A stretch of DNA of 55,007 nt from a virus (taxonomy: Duplodnaviria > Caudoviricetes): IMG/VR virus record IMGVR_UViG_3300027971_000062, positions 1-55,007 of that record. One strand, given 5' to 3'. Within the stretch, counting starts at the first letter, position 1, and each line of letters opens with the position of its first letter. The notes under the pieces were generated by a model that was not told where the DNA came from, made no database searches, and saw only the letters and a program-made list of their open reading frames with translations. Positions 33,737 to 42,326 of this stretch are shown piece after piece. The position numbers and the translations under genes were made by a program.

Positions 33737-34752
33737 CGCGCCACCATCCCCGGCGCGTGCTCGCGCAGCCAGGCCTCCTCGGCGTCGATGTCGTCGTTGG
33801 TGATCAGGTTGGCTTCGGCAACGCGACCGTAGCGCGAGCCGTCGCCCTTGGTTTCAGCGGCGCGCTTGGCGGCGAGTTGATCCCACTTCTCGCGCAGCTT
33901 GTCACCCGACAGGATGTTCTGACGCCAGAACGAGTCACGCTGGCACCAGTCGATCATCGCGTCGATCTCCTGCCAGGAGTGCCCGTCGCGCTCGTGCAGC
34001 AGCCGGAAGGCGTCGGTCCAACGCTCGGCCTTGGTGCGGCGCTGATCCGGTGTGAGTTTCGCCAGCGTGCTGGTTGGCGTGTTGGCCGCGATCAGCCCCA
34101 TGAGGCGTATCGCTGCCTGCATCGACTCCGGAGAGGCTGCTACCCCTCGCTTAGGCCTTGCAGCTCGGGCCTGTCCTGACGCGGTCCCTGCCGCAGGCGG
34201 GGACGACGTAATACCAGATCCTGTTCCTGTTCCTGTCTCCTGTTCCTGAATCGGGGAAGGGTAGCGGGAGGCTTTCGCCAAGGCTTTGCGAAAGGCTTCC
34301 GCGAAGGCTTTCGCAAAGGCTTCCCCCAAGGCTTTCGAAAACGACTCCAGCTTTAACAGGTACTTGTTCTTCAGGTCGCAGTCCGGAACCTCGTCCCATG
34401 CCTTCGCCCAGGACCGGATGACGTTCGGACTCTGGGGCCTAGCGGTCTCCCGCGGCTCCCCCGCAGAGTCGAACAGAGCCTTGGAAAGGACCACCATCCC
34501 GCCCTTCCAGGAAGCCTCTGCCATACCTTTCGATAAGACTTCCGCGAAGGCTTCGCGAAAGGCTTCGACTGACCATCCGAGGTCCGCGGCCATGACCAGA
34601 TCACCCGCGACCACAAGGCCCGGGAGCGCGGTGGTACGCGGCCCGCAAAGCAGGTAGAGCCACAGGGTCTGCGCGTTCGCCTGCGCGGAGGTCAGCGCAC
34701 GGAACCGCTCGTCCGTCCAGACCGCGACTTCGATCTTGCGGTAGCGCGACAT
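33733..34752 (-). CDS. Phage replication initiator (lambda O-like organisation)
   Basis: N-terminal WTDERF...LWLYLL wHTH-like region; internal repeats; C-terminal DWCQRDSFWRQNILSGDKLREKWDQL; coupled to the DnaC-like gene. Confidence 0.82.
   Translation of the reverse strand: MSRYRKIEVAVWTDERFRALTSAQANAQTLWLYLLCGPRTTALPGLVVAGDLVMAADLGWSVEAFREAFAEVLSKGMAEASWKGGMVVLSKALFDSAGEPRETARPQSPNVIRSWAKAWDEVPDCDLKNKYLLKLESFSKALGEAFAKAFAEAFRKALAKASRYPSPIQEQETGTGTGSGITSSPPAAGTASGQARAARPKRGVAASPESMQAAIRLMGLIAANTPTSTLAKLTPDQRRTKAERWTDAFRLLHERDGHSWQEIDAMIDWCQRDSFWRQNILSGDKLREKWDQLAAKRAAETKGDGSRYGRVAEANLITNDDIDAEEAWLREHAPGMVAR
34269..34565. repeat. Putative iteron array (replication origin) within the initiator gene
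   Basis: AGGCTT at 34269, 34281, 34293, 34305, 34317, 34329 (12-bp period); second set at 34536 (AGACTT), 34548, 34560. Confidence 0.7.
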
Positions 34753-34976
34753 CAAACCCCCAGCAACTCGGAAACCGTTGTCTTGACGATCCCGGCGAAG
34801 TCCACGAGGCGCTCCGCTGGGATCGACTGCAAGCCATGCTCGATCTGACACCACTGAGACCTCGAGATGTCGAGCCGCGTTGCGGCGGTCTCCATCGTGA
34901 TGCCAGCGGCGATCCGCGCCTTCTTCAGTCGCTCTGCGATGGCTTTCCGCGGCCTGTCTCTGCGTAGTGCTGCCAT
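34752..34976 (-). CDS. XRE/Cro-like HTH regulator
   Basis: RLKKARIAAGITMETAATRLDISRSQWCQIEHG. Confidence 0.88.
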   Translation of the reverse strand: MAALRRDRPRKAIAERLKKARIAAGITMETAATRLDISRSQWCQIEHGLQSIPAERLVDFAGIVKTTVSELLGV

Positions 34977-35116
34977 GTGCGTACTGTTGTCAAAACACAC
35001 ACGAGGTGTCAAGGTTTTGCGACTTTGACTTTTTTCCGCGAGTGATCACGAGGCGTTGCGTCATACACCGTCGAGCCCAGTCACTCGTTGTCATACCGCT
35101 ATGCGAGCGTCTAAAC
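34977..35116. promoter_or_regulatory. Divergent control region between replication and recombination operons
   Basis: AT-richer gap; two TTGACA on the minus strand (34988-34993 and 35007-35012). Confidence 0.6.
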
Positions 35117-35584
35117 ATGAAGCGAGCGACAGAGGACGACTTGGTTCGGTTTTTCGCGATGACCCGTCGCCAGGGCAAGTGCCTGGTCTGGACGGGTGCG
35201 CGGCGGCAGGGACATCGACCGTATGGGCGGTTCACGCACGACGGCAAGGCGCGCAGCGCGCACCGTTGGATCTACGAACAGGTCCACGGGAAGCTGCGCG
35301 ATGACATCGACGTGATGCACAAGTGCGACAACCCGCCGTGCGTCGAGATCAGGCACCTGACCATCGGCACGCGCACCGACAACATTCAGGACGCGGTCAG
35401 CAAGGGTCGCGTGCTCGCGGGCGAGCGTCACCCTGGCGCGAAGCTGACCGATCCGTTCGTTCGCGAGATCCGCCGCCTCTACGGCAGCGGCAACTTCACC
35501 CAGCGCGAGCTAGCCGAGCAGTTCGGTGTTTCGCCCTCAACCATCAGCTCCATCGTCAACGAGGTCTCCTATGCTATCCGCTGA
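35117..35584 (+). CDS. HNH endonuclease with C-terminal HTH
   Basis: CLVWTG, YG.F, AHRWIY, VMHKCDNPPCV...HL..GT..DN; AKLT...TQRELAEQFGVS. Confidence 0.88.
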   Translation: MKRATEDDLVRFFAMTRRQGKCLVWTGARRQGHRPYGRFTHDGKARSAHRWIYEQVHGKLRDDIDVMHKCDNPPCVEIRHLTIGTRTDNIQDAVSKGRVLAGERHPGAKLTDPFVREIRRLYGSGNFTQRELAEQFGVSPSTISSIVNEVSYAIR

Positions 35585-36575
35585 ACAGCTAGCGCAACGT
35601 CGAGCCGGCATCTCCGCGACCGACGTTTCGTCCATCGTCGGCCTGAACCCCTGGAGTTCGCCCATCGACGTGTACCTCGACAAGACGGGGCGCAAGCCGC
35701 CGTTTGAGGGCAACAGCCGCACCAAGTGGGGCAACCTGCTTGAGCCGCAGATCCGCGATGACTACGCGGAGCGCCGCGGGCTGCGCGTCGAGGTGCCGGG
35801 CACCCTGGATCACCCGGAGGTGACCTGGGCGAAGGCGACCCCTGACGGGATCTGTTATTGGCCTGGCGGCGCGGTGCCGATCAACGGGCTGGAGATCAAG
35901 TCTCACTCCTCGCGGGTCGCGCATATGTACGGGGAGCCAGGCACCGACGCGGTCCCGGCGCACATCCTGATCCAGTGCCAATGGAACCTGTTCGTTTCGG
36001 GGTTGGACATCTGGGATCTGGTCGCGTTCATCGACAACCAGCCCCTCGACTACGTGATCCGGCGCGATGACGAGCTCATCGGCATGCTGCGAGATCGGTG
36101 CGAGCGATTCCTGGTGGACCACATTCGCGCCGACGTGCCGCCTGAACCGGACGGCTCCGCGAGCTACGACAAGTACCTCCTGTCGCGGTTCCAGCATCGA
36201 GACGAGGAATTTCGCAAGCTCGAGGCAGGCGACAAGCTGATCGACGCGGTCCATGCGCTGCGTATCGCGCGCGGACACGCGGACCACTACGAGCAGACCG
36301 TCGATACCCTGACCCAGCAACTCAAGCTCGCGTGCGGCGAGTTCGCGGGCCTCGAGTACCTCGACGAGCACGGCAAGCGGGAGCGCATCACCTACCGCGC
36401 GTCGAAGGACGGGACCAGAACTGACTGGGAGGGTGCGTTCCGCGAGTACGCCGCGCGCATGACGAACGACGCCTACGCCCAAGAGGCGATCAAGAATCAC
36501 AGCAGGACCACTCCGGGTTCGCGGCGCTTCGTGGTGCCGCGGGCGTGGAGCAAGACCACCAGCAAGGGGGAGTGA
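35571..36575 (+). CDS. YqaJ/lambda-exonuclease family recombination nuclease
   Basis: RRAGISATD...GLNPW, WGNLLE, ATPDG, LEIK, QCQW. Confidence 0.9.
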   Translation: MLSAEQLAQRRAGISATDVSSIVGLNPWSSPIDVYLDKTGRKPPFEGNSRTKWGNLLEPQIRDDYAERRGLRVEVPGTLDHPEVTWAKATPDGICYWPGGAVPINGLEIKSHSSRVAHMYGEPGTDAVPAHILIQCQWNLFVSGLDIWDLVAFIDNQPLDYVIRRDDELIGMLRDRCERFLVDHIRADVPPEPDGSASYDKYLLSRFQHRDEEFRKLEAGDKLIDAVHALRIARGHADHYEQTVDTLTQQLKLACGEFAGLEYLDEHGKRERITYRASKDGTRTDWEGAFREYAARMTNDAYAQEAIKNHSRTTPGSRRFVVPRAWSKTTSKGE

Positions 36576-36576
36576 C

Positions 36577-37620
36577 ATGGAGAGCATGAACGGACACCGA
36601 CCGGAAGTTAACCAGCTCGTGCGTCGCGACTTCGCCGGCACGAGCGTGTCGCGAGAGAACCAGGCGACCCAGGCGCTCGTCGCGAAGGCTCGCGCGGACA
36701 TCGAGGCGCGCTGGACGATGGCGATGCACCGTCCGCGCAACATGGATCAGGTGCGAACGCTGCTCCTGAAGGAGTGCCGGCGACCGGGGTTCGCGTCGAG
36801 CGCGATCTACCGCAAGCCAATCGGGGACGGCGTCGAGGGTCTGTCCATCCGATTCGCGGAGGCGGCAGCGCGTTGCTTCGGAAACATCACGATGGAGGTC
36901 ACGCAGATCTACGAGGACGAGCACACGCGCATCATGCGCGTGGCGGCGACGGACCTCGAGACGAACGTGACCTGGCCCCAGGACGTGACCATCAGCAAGC
37001 TCGTCGAGCGCAAGTCGCTGCGCCGGGGTCAGGTCGCGATGGATCAGCGCACCAACAGCTACGGTGAGTCGGTGTTCCTGGTGACGGCAAGCGACGACGA
37101 TCTGCTCAACAAGCAGGGCGCGCTCGTGTCCAAGGCACTCAGGACGTGCATCTTGAGGATCATTCCTGGGAACCTCCAGGACGAAGCCTACGAGGTGTGC
37201 AACTCGATCTTGAGCGACGCTGCCGCCAAAGATCCCGACCAGGCGCGTAACGCGGTGTGCGACGCCTTCGTGGCGCTCGGCGTTCAGCCAACCGACCTCG
37301 AGGAGTGGCTCGGCCACTCGATCAGCGTGGCGACGCCCGCGGAGATCGAGCAGCTCCGACGCCTCTACGTCGCGATCCGCGATGGCGAGGCGACCTGGCC
37401 GGAAGCCCTCGAGCAGCGCAGCGAGCAGGCCCAGGCGAAGGTGACGCGCGGCGAGAAGACGCTCGCGGCTCCCAAGGCCGCGCCGGCCACCGGGGGCAAG
37501 GGAGCCAGCGGGGTCAAGGATGCGCTCAAGCGCAAGGTCGCGCCGCCGCCGCCCGCGGAGCCCGCGCTCGACCGCGACGACGAGCCCCTGTGGATGAACG
37601 GGTCGAGCACGCCGCAGTGA
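36577..37620 (+). CDS. Putative single-strand annealing protein
   Basis: Directly after YqaJ; RPR...YRKP.G..VEGLSIRFAE..ARCFGNI...ATDLETN; function from context. Confidence 0.65.
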   Translation: MESMNGHRPEVNQLVRRDFAGTSVSRENQATQALVAKARADIEARWTMAMHRPRNMDQVRTLLLKECRRPGFASSAIYRKPIGDGVEGLSIRFAEAAARCFGNITMEVTQIYEDEHTRIMRVAATDLETNVTWPQDVTISKLVERKSLRRGQVAMDQRTNSYGESVFLVTASDDDLLNKQGALVSKALRTCILRIIPGNLQDEAYEVCNSILSDAAAKDPDQARNAVCDAFVALGVQPTDLEEWLGHSISVATPAEIEQLRRLYVAIRDGEATWPEALEQRSEQAQAKVTRGEKTLAAPKAAPATGGKGASGVKDALKRKVAPPPPAEPALDRDDEPLWMNGSSTPQ

Positions 37621-38090
37621 TCGAGGTGGACCTGAGCCGCGACGAGATCTGGCAGTCGATCGTCGTCGCGGCCAGTCGCAAGCTGACCTCAGATCGTCGT
37701 CGCGCTGACGGCAAGCCTGGACGACAGACGGAGCACTACAACGAGGTCATCACCTGGGACCAGGAGATCGAGTCAGCCGCCGCCGAGATTGCCGTTGCGC
37801 GCTGGCGCAACAGGTACTGGTGGGGCGGCAGCTTCGACCTCCGCGGCCCCGGCACGGATGCGGGTTCGGCGCAGGTTCGCTGGACGCAGCACGACACCGG
37901 CCACCTGATCCTCTACGAGGCTGACGACTCAGCCGATGCGTTCGTCTTGGTCACCGGACGCTCGCCCAAGAAGCGCATCGTCGGCTGGACCTACGGACGC
38001 GACGCGAAGCTCGATAGGTACTGGAGGACCGACGTGAAGTGCCCGTCCTGGTGGGTTCCGCAGCTAGCCCTGCGCCTCGTGAAGGGCTAG
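37617..38090 (+). CDS. Hypothetical phage protein (possible nuclease fold)
   Basis: GTGA overlap; AAEIAVA...D...QVR...FVLV...IVGW. Confidence 0.65.
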   Translation: MIEVDLSRDEIWQSIVVAASRKLTSDRRRADGKPGRQTEHYNEVITWDQEIESAAAEIAVARWRNRYWWGGSFDLRGPGTDAGSAQVRWTQHDTGHLILYEADDSADAFVLVTGRSPKKRIVGWTYGRDAKLDRYWRTDVKCPSWWVPQLALRLVKG

Positions 38091-38723
38091 TCGCTCCTCG
38101 GCCCAGGTGACCGGGACCGGAGCGTCCCAGAAGTCGGGGGCGCCGAAGGCCGGCGGCGTGTGTCGCTGGCCGGCGTGGACGACGGTCATGTAGTCGAGCT
38201 CGGCGGGCATCCGCGCGACGCTCCCGTGATTGACGAACAGGAAGCCAGATCCAGGGTCTACGTGCTCGTTGAACGTGCGGCTCGCGTAGAAGTCCCAGGT
38301 GAACGCGACGGTGGCGTCGCTCACCCATCGGCTAGTGCGTAGGTCCGCGGTGATGCTGTTGAAGTAGAGCATCGGCGTGAACACGCACGCAGGGTGCTTG
38401 CCAGCCTCCAGGAACGCAACCTGTCGCGAGATCCTCGAGGGTCCGTGGTAGTCGTCGTCGTCCCAGAAGAAGTAGACCGCTCCTCGGTCGTTGAGGTGGC
38501 GCAACATCGCGTTGCGCTTCGTCGGCAGGTTGGTGCGCGGCCACACGAGCAGCTCGACCTCGGGCACACGGCAGGCATCGCAGAGCTGCACGCGCCGGTC
38601 CCCGTCGTCCACGATCAGGAGGTGCTTGGGGCCGGGGTAGTCCTGCGCCAGGAACAGGTGGACGGCTCGGTGAGCCATCTCGGGCCGGTTGAACGTCGGC
38701 AGGAGGGCGACCGCGCGCTTCAT
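38064..38723 (-). CDS. Glycosyltransferase family 2
   Basis: LLPTFNR, QDY, IVDDG, KRN, FWDDDDY...RISRQV. Confidence 0.88.
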   Translation of the reverse strand: MKRAVALLPTFNRPEMAHRAVHLFLAQDYPGPKHLLIVDDGDRRVQLCDACRVPEVELLVWPRTNLPTKRNAMLRHLNDRGAVYFFWDDDDYHGPSRISRQVAFLEAGKHPACVFTPMLYFNSITADLRTSRWVSDATVAFTWDFYASRTFNEHVDPGSGFLFVNHGSVARMPAELDYMTVVHAGQRHTPPAFGAPDFWDAPVPVTWAEERLALHEAQG

Positions 38724-41407
38724 GCGTCATCCGTGATCACCGCGACGTGCCCGGGGTCCACGATCAGCCACTTGCCGTTGACCAGGCCGAGGTTGCCGTC
38801 GTGGATGTCCCCAAAAAACACCCCGTCCTTGTCGAGAACCTTGATCATCCCGCGCATGAGCTCGCGCAGCTCGGGCACCTCCTCGCCCAGGAGCTTGGCC
38901 GCTTCGCGCCAGGCGTCGAGCTTGTCGTGCGCGGGCTTGCCCGCGATCAGCGCATCGTAGGCGCGCTGCGCGGCCTTGTGCTGCTTGGCAATCGCTGCAA
39001 ACGCCTTGGCGCGGTTGCCCTTGCGCGCCTTGATCGCGTCCATCAGGTTTCCGACCTCGTCAGCCGCCTGTCGCCAGAGCAGGTAAATGCCGTGCCCTTT
39101 GTACTTCTCGGGGAGCGTCACGGTCCTCCGGTACTTGACCACGATGGGTGCGCTGATGGTGCTTGCCAGGTCGTGCGCGAACTCGGCCTCGGTGTCGTCG
39201 GTCGTCAGCTTGAGCACAACGTCGGGATCGTAGGTAGGCAGGACGCAGCCGTAGCCACCGCAGCCGTATTCTTTCATTCGCGCGGCGACCTTGCGCCCGC
39301 CCGTTCCCTTGATCGATGCGATCTTGGGGAGCCACTTGGCGGGCACCTCTTCCTGCATGTCTTCGTAGTGCTTGGCGATCACCTTGGTGACCCAGCTACG
39401 GCTCGGGTTTTCCTGCGCTCCCGATCGTTCGTCCTCCTCGATGTCTCCGTAGACGGCGGGTTGCTCGGTCCTCCACACCGGATATCCTGGCGGCGAGACC
39501 GAGTAGAGCGTCCTCTCGGGGGCGTATCCAATTTGCTCTGTGACGATCGCTGACATGGCAACGGGTTCATGTCTCCCCGTATACGCCCCGTCGCCATCGG
39601 CAATCTTTCGCGCCCATGCGATGGCATCCTCGAAGGTCTCGACGTAATCGCCGTCTTGCCCGACTCCGCTATCGGGATCCAGCGCAATCACGGGGTATCC
39701 TACCCACAACTCTCCTTTCTCCGCGCTGGGCTCAAACGGGCCATACTCGTTGCGCGGCGGGTTCGCCTTGATGGTAGCTGTCGGTCGCATCAGCGCACGC
39801 CGCTCGCGCGTCACCATGAGTTGATCGTCCATCCACGGCTCGTATGCGGTCCCGACAACGTGACTCGGGACGATGTAGGCGTCGATGAACGCATCGCCAG
39901 CCGCCAACGGGCTCGGCACAGGCAGCGAGATCGGCGCAGGTAGCGACGGGATCGGAGCCTGAGCCTCCGCGAACGCGCGCTGGGCCTCGGCCTCCTCGGC
40001 CTCTGCCAGGCGAGCGTAGTGCTCCTCGAGCTCGTCCTCGTGCTGCTGGGCGTAGCGTTTCGCCTCGTCCGCAGCGAGGTTTTCCTCGTAGACGTAGGCG
40101 GGAAGCCTGAACCTCGCGTCTGCCTCGCGAGCTGGGCTGGTGTCGTTGAGGGCCTCGAGGTCGATGCGCTCGACGCAGTACGGCTTGCCCGCGGGCATCG
40201 CATACCAGACAGCGTCCGCGATCGTGCGAGCGGCGCGATCGCCGGTCAGGCTGTACTTGTGGTTGATCGCGTCGAACTCGGACGCGCCGACCTGATAGTC
40301 CACGCCTCCGTAGTTCTGGATGAGCTCTTGATTCTCGTCAAGGAACCGCTTGAGCGCATCGCTGCGCGATGGATAGCAGAGCTGGTCCTTGGGGACCGGA
40401 CGGTTCCACCATCCAGCGGGAGGCTTCGGCAGGACCGAGGGCCGAGAAGCGCGAGGCTCACGCTTGGGCAGCTTGACGAGGAGGCGACCGGATTCCTCGC
40501 CCTTGAGCTCCTCGGCGTCGAGGCCGATCAGTCGCAGCGACTTGATGATCGTGGCAGCGTCTGCCAGCGGCGCAACCTTCGCGACGAACTTCCCTCCGCG
40601 CGCCGGGGTCAGGTCGATTGTGCCGAGGCCAGGCTCGCTCACCGCGGATTCGACCTTGGCGACCTCGGCAGAGGTCAGGTCGATGCGCTTGCGCGCGGGG
40701 TTCCCCGTTGCCAGAGGACCGTCTCCCAGCGCGGCGTCCTGTAGCCCGCGGTACTCCTGGCGCGCGGCCCGATACGCCGTGAGCTCGCGCGGGAACAGGC
40801 TGCTCTCGAGCAGCGTCATCCCTCCGCGGCTGCGATCTTTCACGTCGCCACCGCGGCTGACAGTCAGGAACCCGCCGGTCCTGCGGATGTAGACGCGCGC
40901 CCCCACCCCTGGCTTGCCCCAAGCCTTCGCCTCGACGCCGTGCTTGTTCATGGTCGTCGCCAGCAGGTTGGCGAACGTCATGGCCTGGTCGAAGTCATTT
41001 GAGGACGGGTTGGCGCGCTGCTCGTCGCGCGCCAGGATGACCGCGACCGTGCTCTCGTCCCGCAGGCCGGAACGCAAAGGTCCGTACTTGACCGTCGCGG
41101 TGTAGGGCGCCTCTTCGGCCAGCGTGGTGAGGTCGAGGCCAGCCTCGTGCAGGACGACCACGACCTCGGGCTGATCGTGCATCTCGCCAATCGCCTGGCG
41201 CCCACCGTACTCGTCGAACAGGATCACGTCGGCCACGAGATCGAACCCGACGACCTCGGAGCCATGAACGACGCGCACGCTCGGCGTGCCAGCGCGAACC
41301 ACCCTGGTCAGGGCATCGTCGAGCGCCGCCTCAAACGAGGCGTGCTCGGGGACCAAGTCGCCATCTCCCTCGTCAACGTAGAAGGCAAGATCCTCTGCAT
41401 CGATCAT
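38720..41407 (-). CDS. Modular protein with four xxNP linkers and a C-terminal protein-kinase-like domain
   Basis: RANP, TGNP, KANP, QENP; the last module has YGCGGYGCV, VLKLT, DIHDGN and IVDPG. Confidence 0.8.
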   Translation of the reverse strand: MIDAEDLAFYVDEGDGDLVPEHASFEAALDDALTRVVRAGTPSVRVVHGSEVVGFDLVADVILFDEYGGRQAIGEMHDQPEVVVVLHEAGLDLTTLAEEAPYTATVKYGPLRSGLRDESTVAVILARDEQRANPSSNDFDQAMTFANLLATTMNKHGVEAKAWGKPGVGARVYIRRTGGFLTVSRGGDVKDRSRGGMTLLESSLFPRELTAYRAARQEYRGLQDAALGDGPLATGNPARKRIDLTSAEVAKVESAVSEPGLGTIDLTPARGGKFVAKVAPLADAATIIKSLRLIGLDAEELKGEESGRLLVKLPKREPRASRPSVLPKPPAGWWNRPVPKDQLCYPSRSDALKRFLDENQELIQNYGGVDYQVGASEFDAINHKYSLTGDRAARTIADAVWYAMPAGKPYCVERIDLEALNDTSPAREADARFRLPAYVYEENLAADEAKRYAQQHEDELEEHYARLAEAEEAEAQRAFAEAQAPIPSLPAPISLPVPSPLAAGDAFIDAYIVPSHVVGTAYEPWMDDQLMVTRERRALMRPTATIKANPPRNEYGPFEPSAEKGELWVGYPVIALDPDSGVGQDGDYVETFEDAIAWARKIADGDGAYTGRHEPVAMSAIVTEQIGYAPERTLYSVSPPGYPVWRTEQPAVYGDIEEDERSGAQENPSRSWVTKVIAKHYEDMQEEVPAKWLPKIASIKGTGGRKVAARMKEYGCGGYGCVLPTYDPDVVLKLTTDDTEAEFAHDLASTISAPIVVKYRRTVTLPEKYKGHGIYLLWRQAADEVGNLMDAIKARKGNRAKAFAAIAKQHKAAQRAYDALIAGKPAHDKLDAWREAAKLLGEEVPELRELMRGMIKVLDKDGVFFGDIHDGNLGLVNGKWLIVDPGHVAVITDDA

Positions 41408-41469
41408 CCGGCAATCCTACACGAACCTCGGGACTGGACGGGAGTGCTGTGGTTTCGTAGTGTTGGCCC

Positions 41470-41757
41470 ATGAACCTTGGACATGGGATCCGCAACGGCT
41501 ACGAGGACATCGAGGACATTGCGGATCCAGACGGGGTCGTCGCCGTGATCTCTCGGCGTCGTTCCAACGGCACGCTCTCGGTCGCGGTCTTCAAGGTCTT
41601 TGAGCGAGACGGCGTTCGCGAGAAGACCAACTTCTTCAACAGCCGTCACTTCCCGGCGGTTCGGCGTGTGCTTGAGATAGCCGAGCGGCGCGTGGCGGCG
41701 CTCGAGGCTGACGCCGCGCCCACGGCAGAGCGGTCGTCGAAGGCTCGCGCGCGATGA
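41470..41757 (+). CDS. Small hypothetical protein
   Basis: TAGTGT 6 nt upstream of ATG; ATGA overlap with the phosphatase. Confidence 0.65.
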   Translation: MNLGHGIRNGYEDIEDIADPDGVVAVISRRRSNGTLSVAVFKVFERDGVREKTNFFNSRHFPAVRRVLEIAERRVAALEADAAPTAERSSKARAR

Positions 41758-42326
41758 GTCGATGCCTCGCCTCGGACTGCGAGCAGCCCGCGAGCGAGGC
41801 AGGATTCTGCGTCACGCACGCCCAGGCACCAGCCGGGCAGCGCGGCGGGTGGGTGTCGGCGGCGCGGCGGAAGCCCTACGATGCCACGCCGGTCTCACCG
41901 CGGCTGTGGGTCGGGTCCGCGCCTCCCCTCGAGCGCGACCTCCCGACCGTGGACATCCTGGTCCTATGCGCCGCGGAGGTGCAGCCAGAGCGCATGGCGT
42001 TTCACGGTCAGGTTCTCCGCTGCCCGATCTCAGACGCTGCCCTGACGCCGGCCCAACTTGAGCTCGTCCTGAAGACCTCGGTCGCGGTCGCCAAGGCCAT
42101 CGTCGAGGGTAAGCGCGTCCTGGTGACGTGCGCCAAGGGACGGAACCGTTCCGCCCTGGTCGTCGCCTTCGCGCTGCATCAACTCACGACGATGGACGGT
42201 CGGCAGATCGTCGCCCACATCCGCAAGCAGCGTGGCGAGGCGTCGCTGCGAAACCGATGGTTCGTCGCGAAGATCCTTGAGATCGTGGGCGACGGACGCC
42301 CCAAGGTGCGACGCAAGCCGAGCTAG
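41754..42326 (+). CDS. Dual-specificity (CX5R) phosphatase with N-terminal Cys/His knuckle
   Basis: RLWVGS, PISD, VLVTCAKGRNRS, IRKQR. Confidence 0.88.
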   Translation: MSRCLASDCEQPASEAGFCVTHAQAPAGQRGGWVSAARRKPYDATPVSPRLWVGSAPPLERDLPTVDILVLCAAEVQPERMAFHGQVLRCPISDAALTPAQLELVLKTSVAVAKAIVEGKRVLVTCAKGRNRSALVVAFALHQLTTMDGRQIVAHIRKQRGEASLRNRWFVAKILEIVGDGRPKVRRKPS

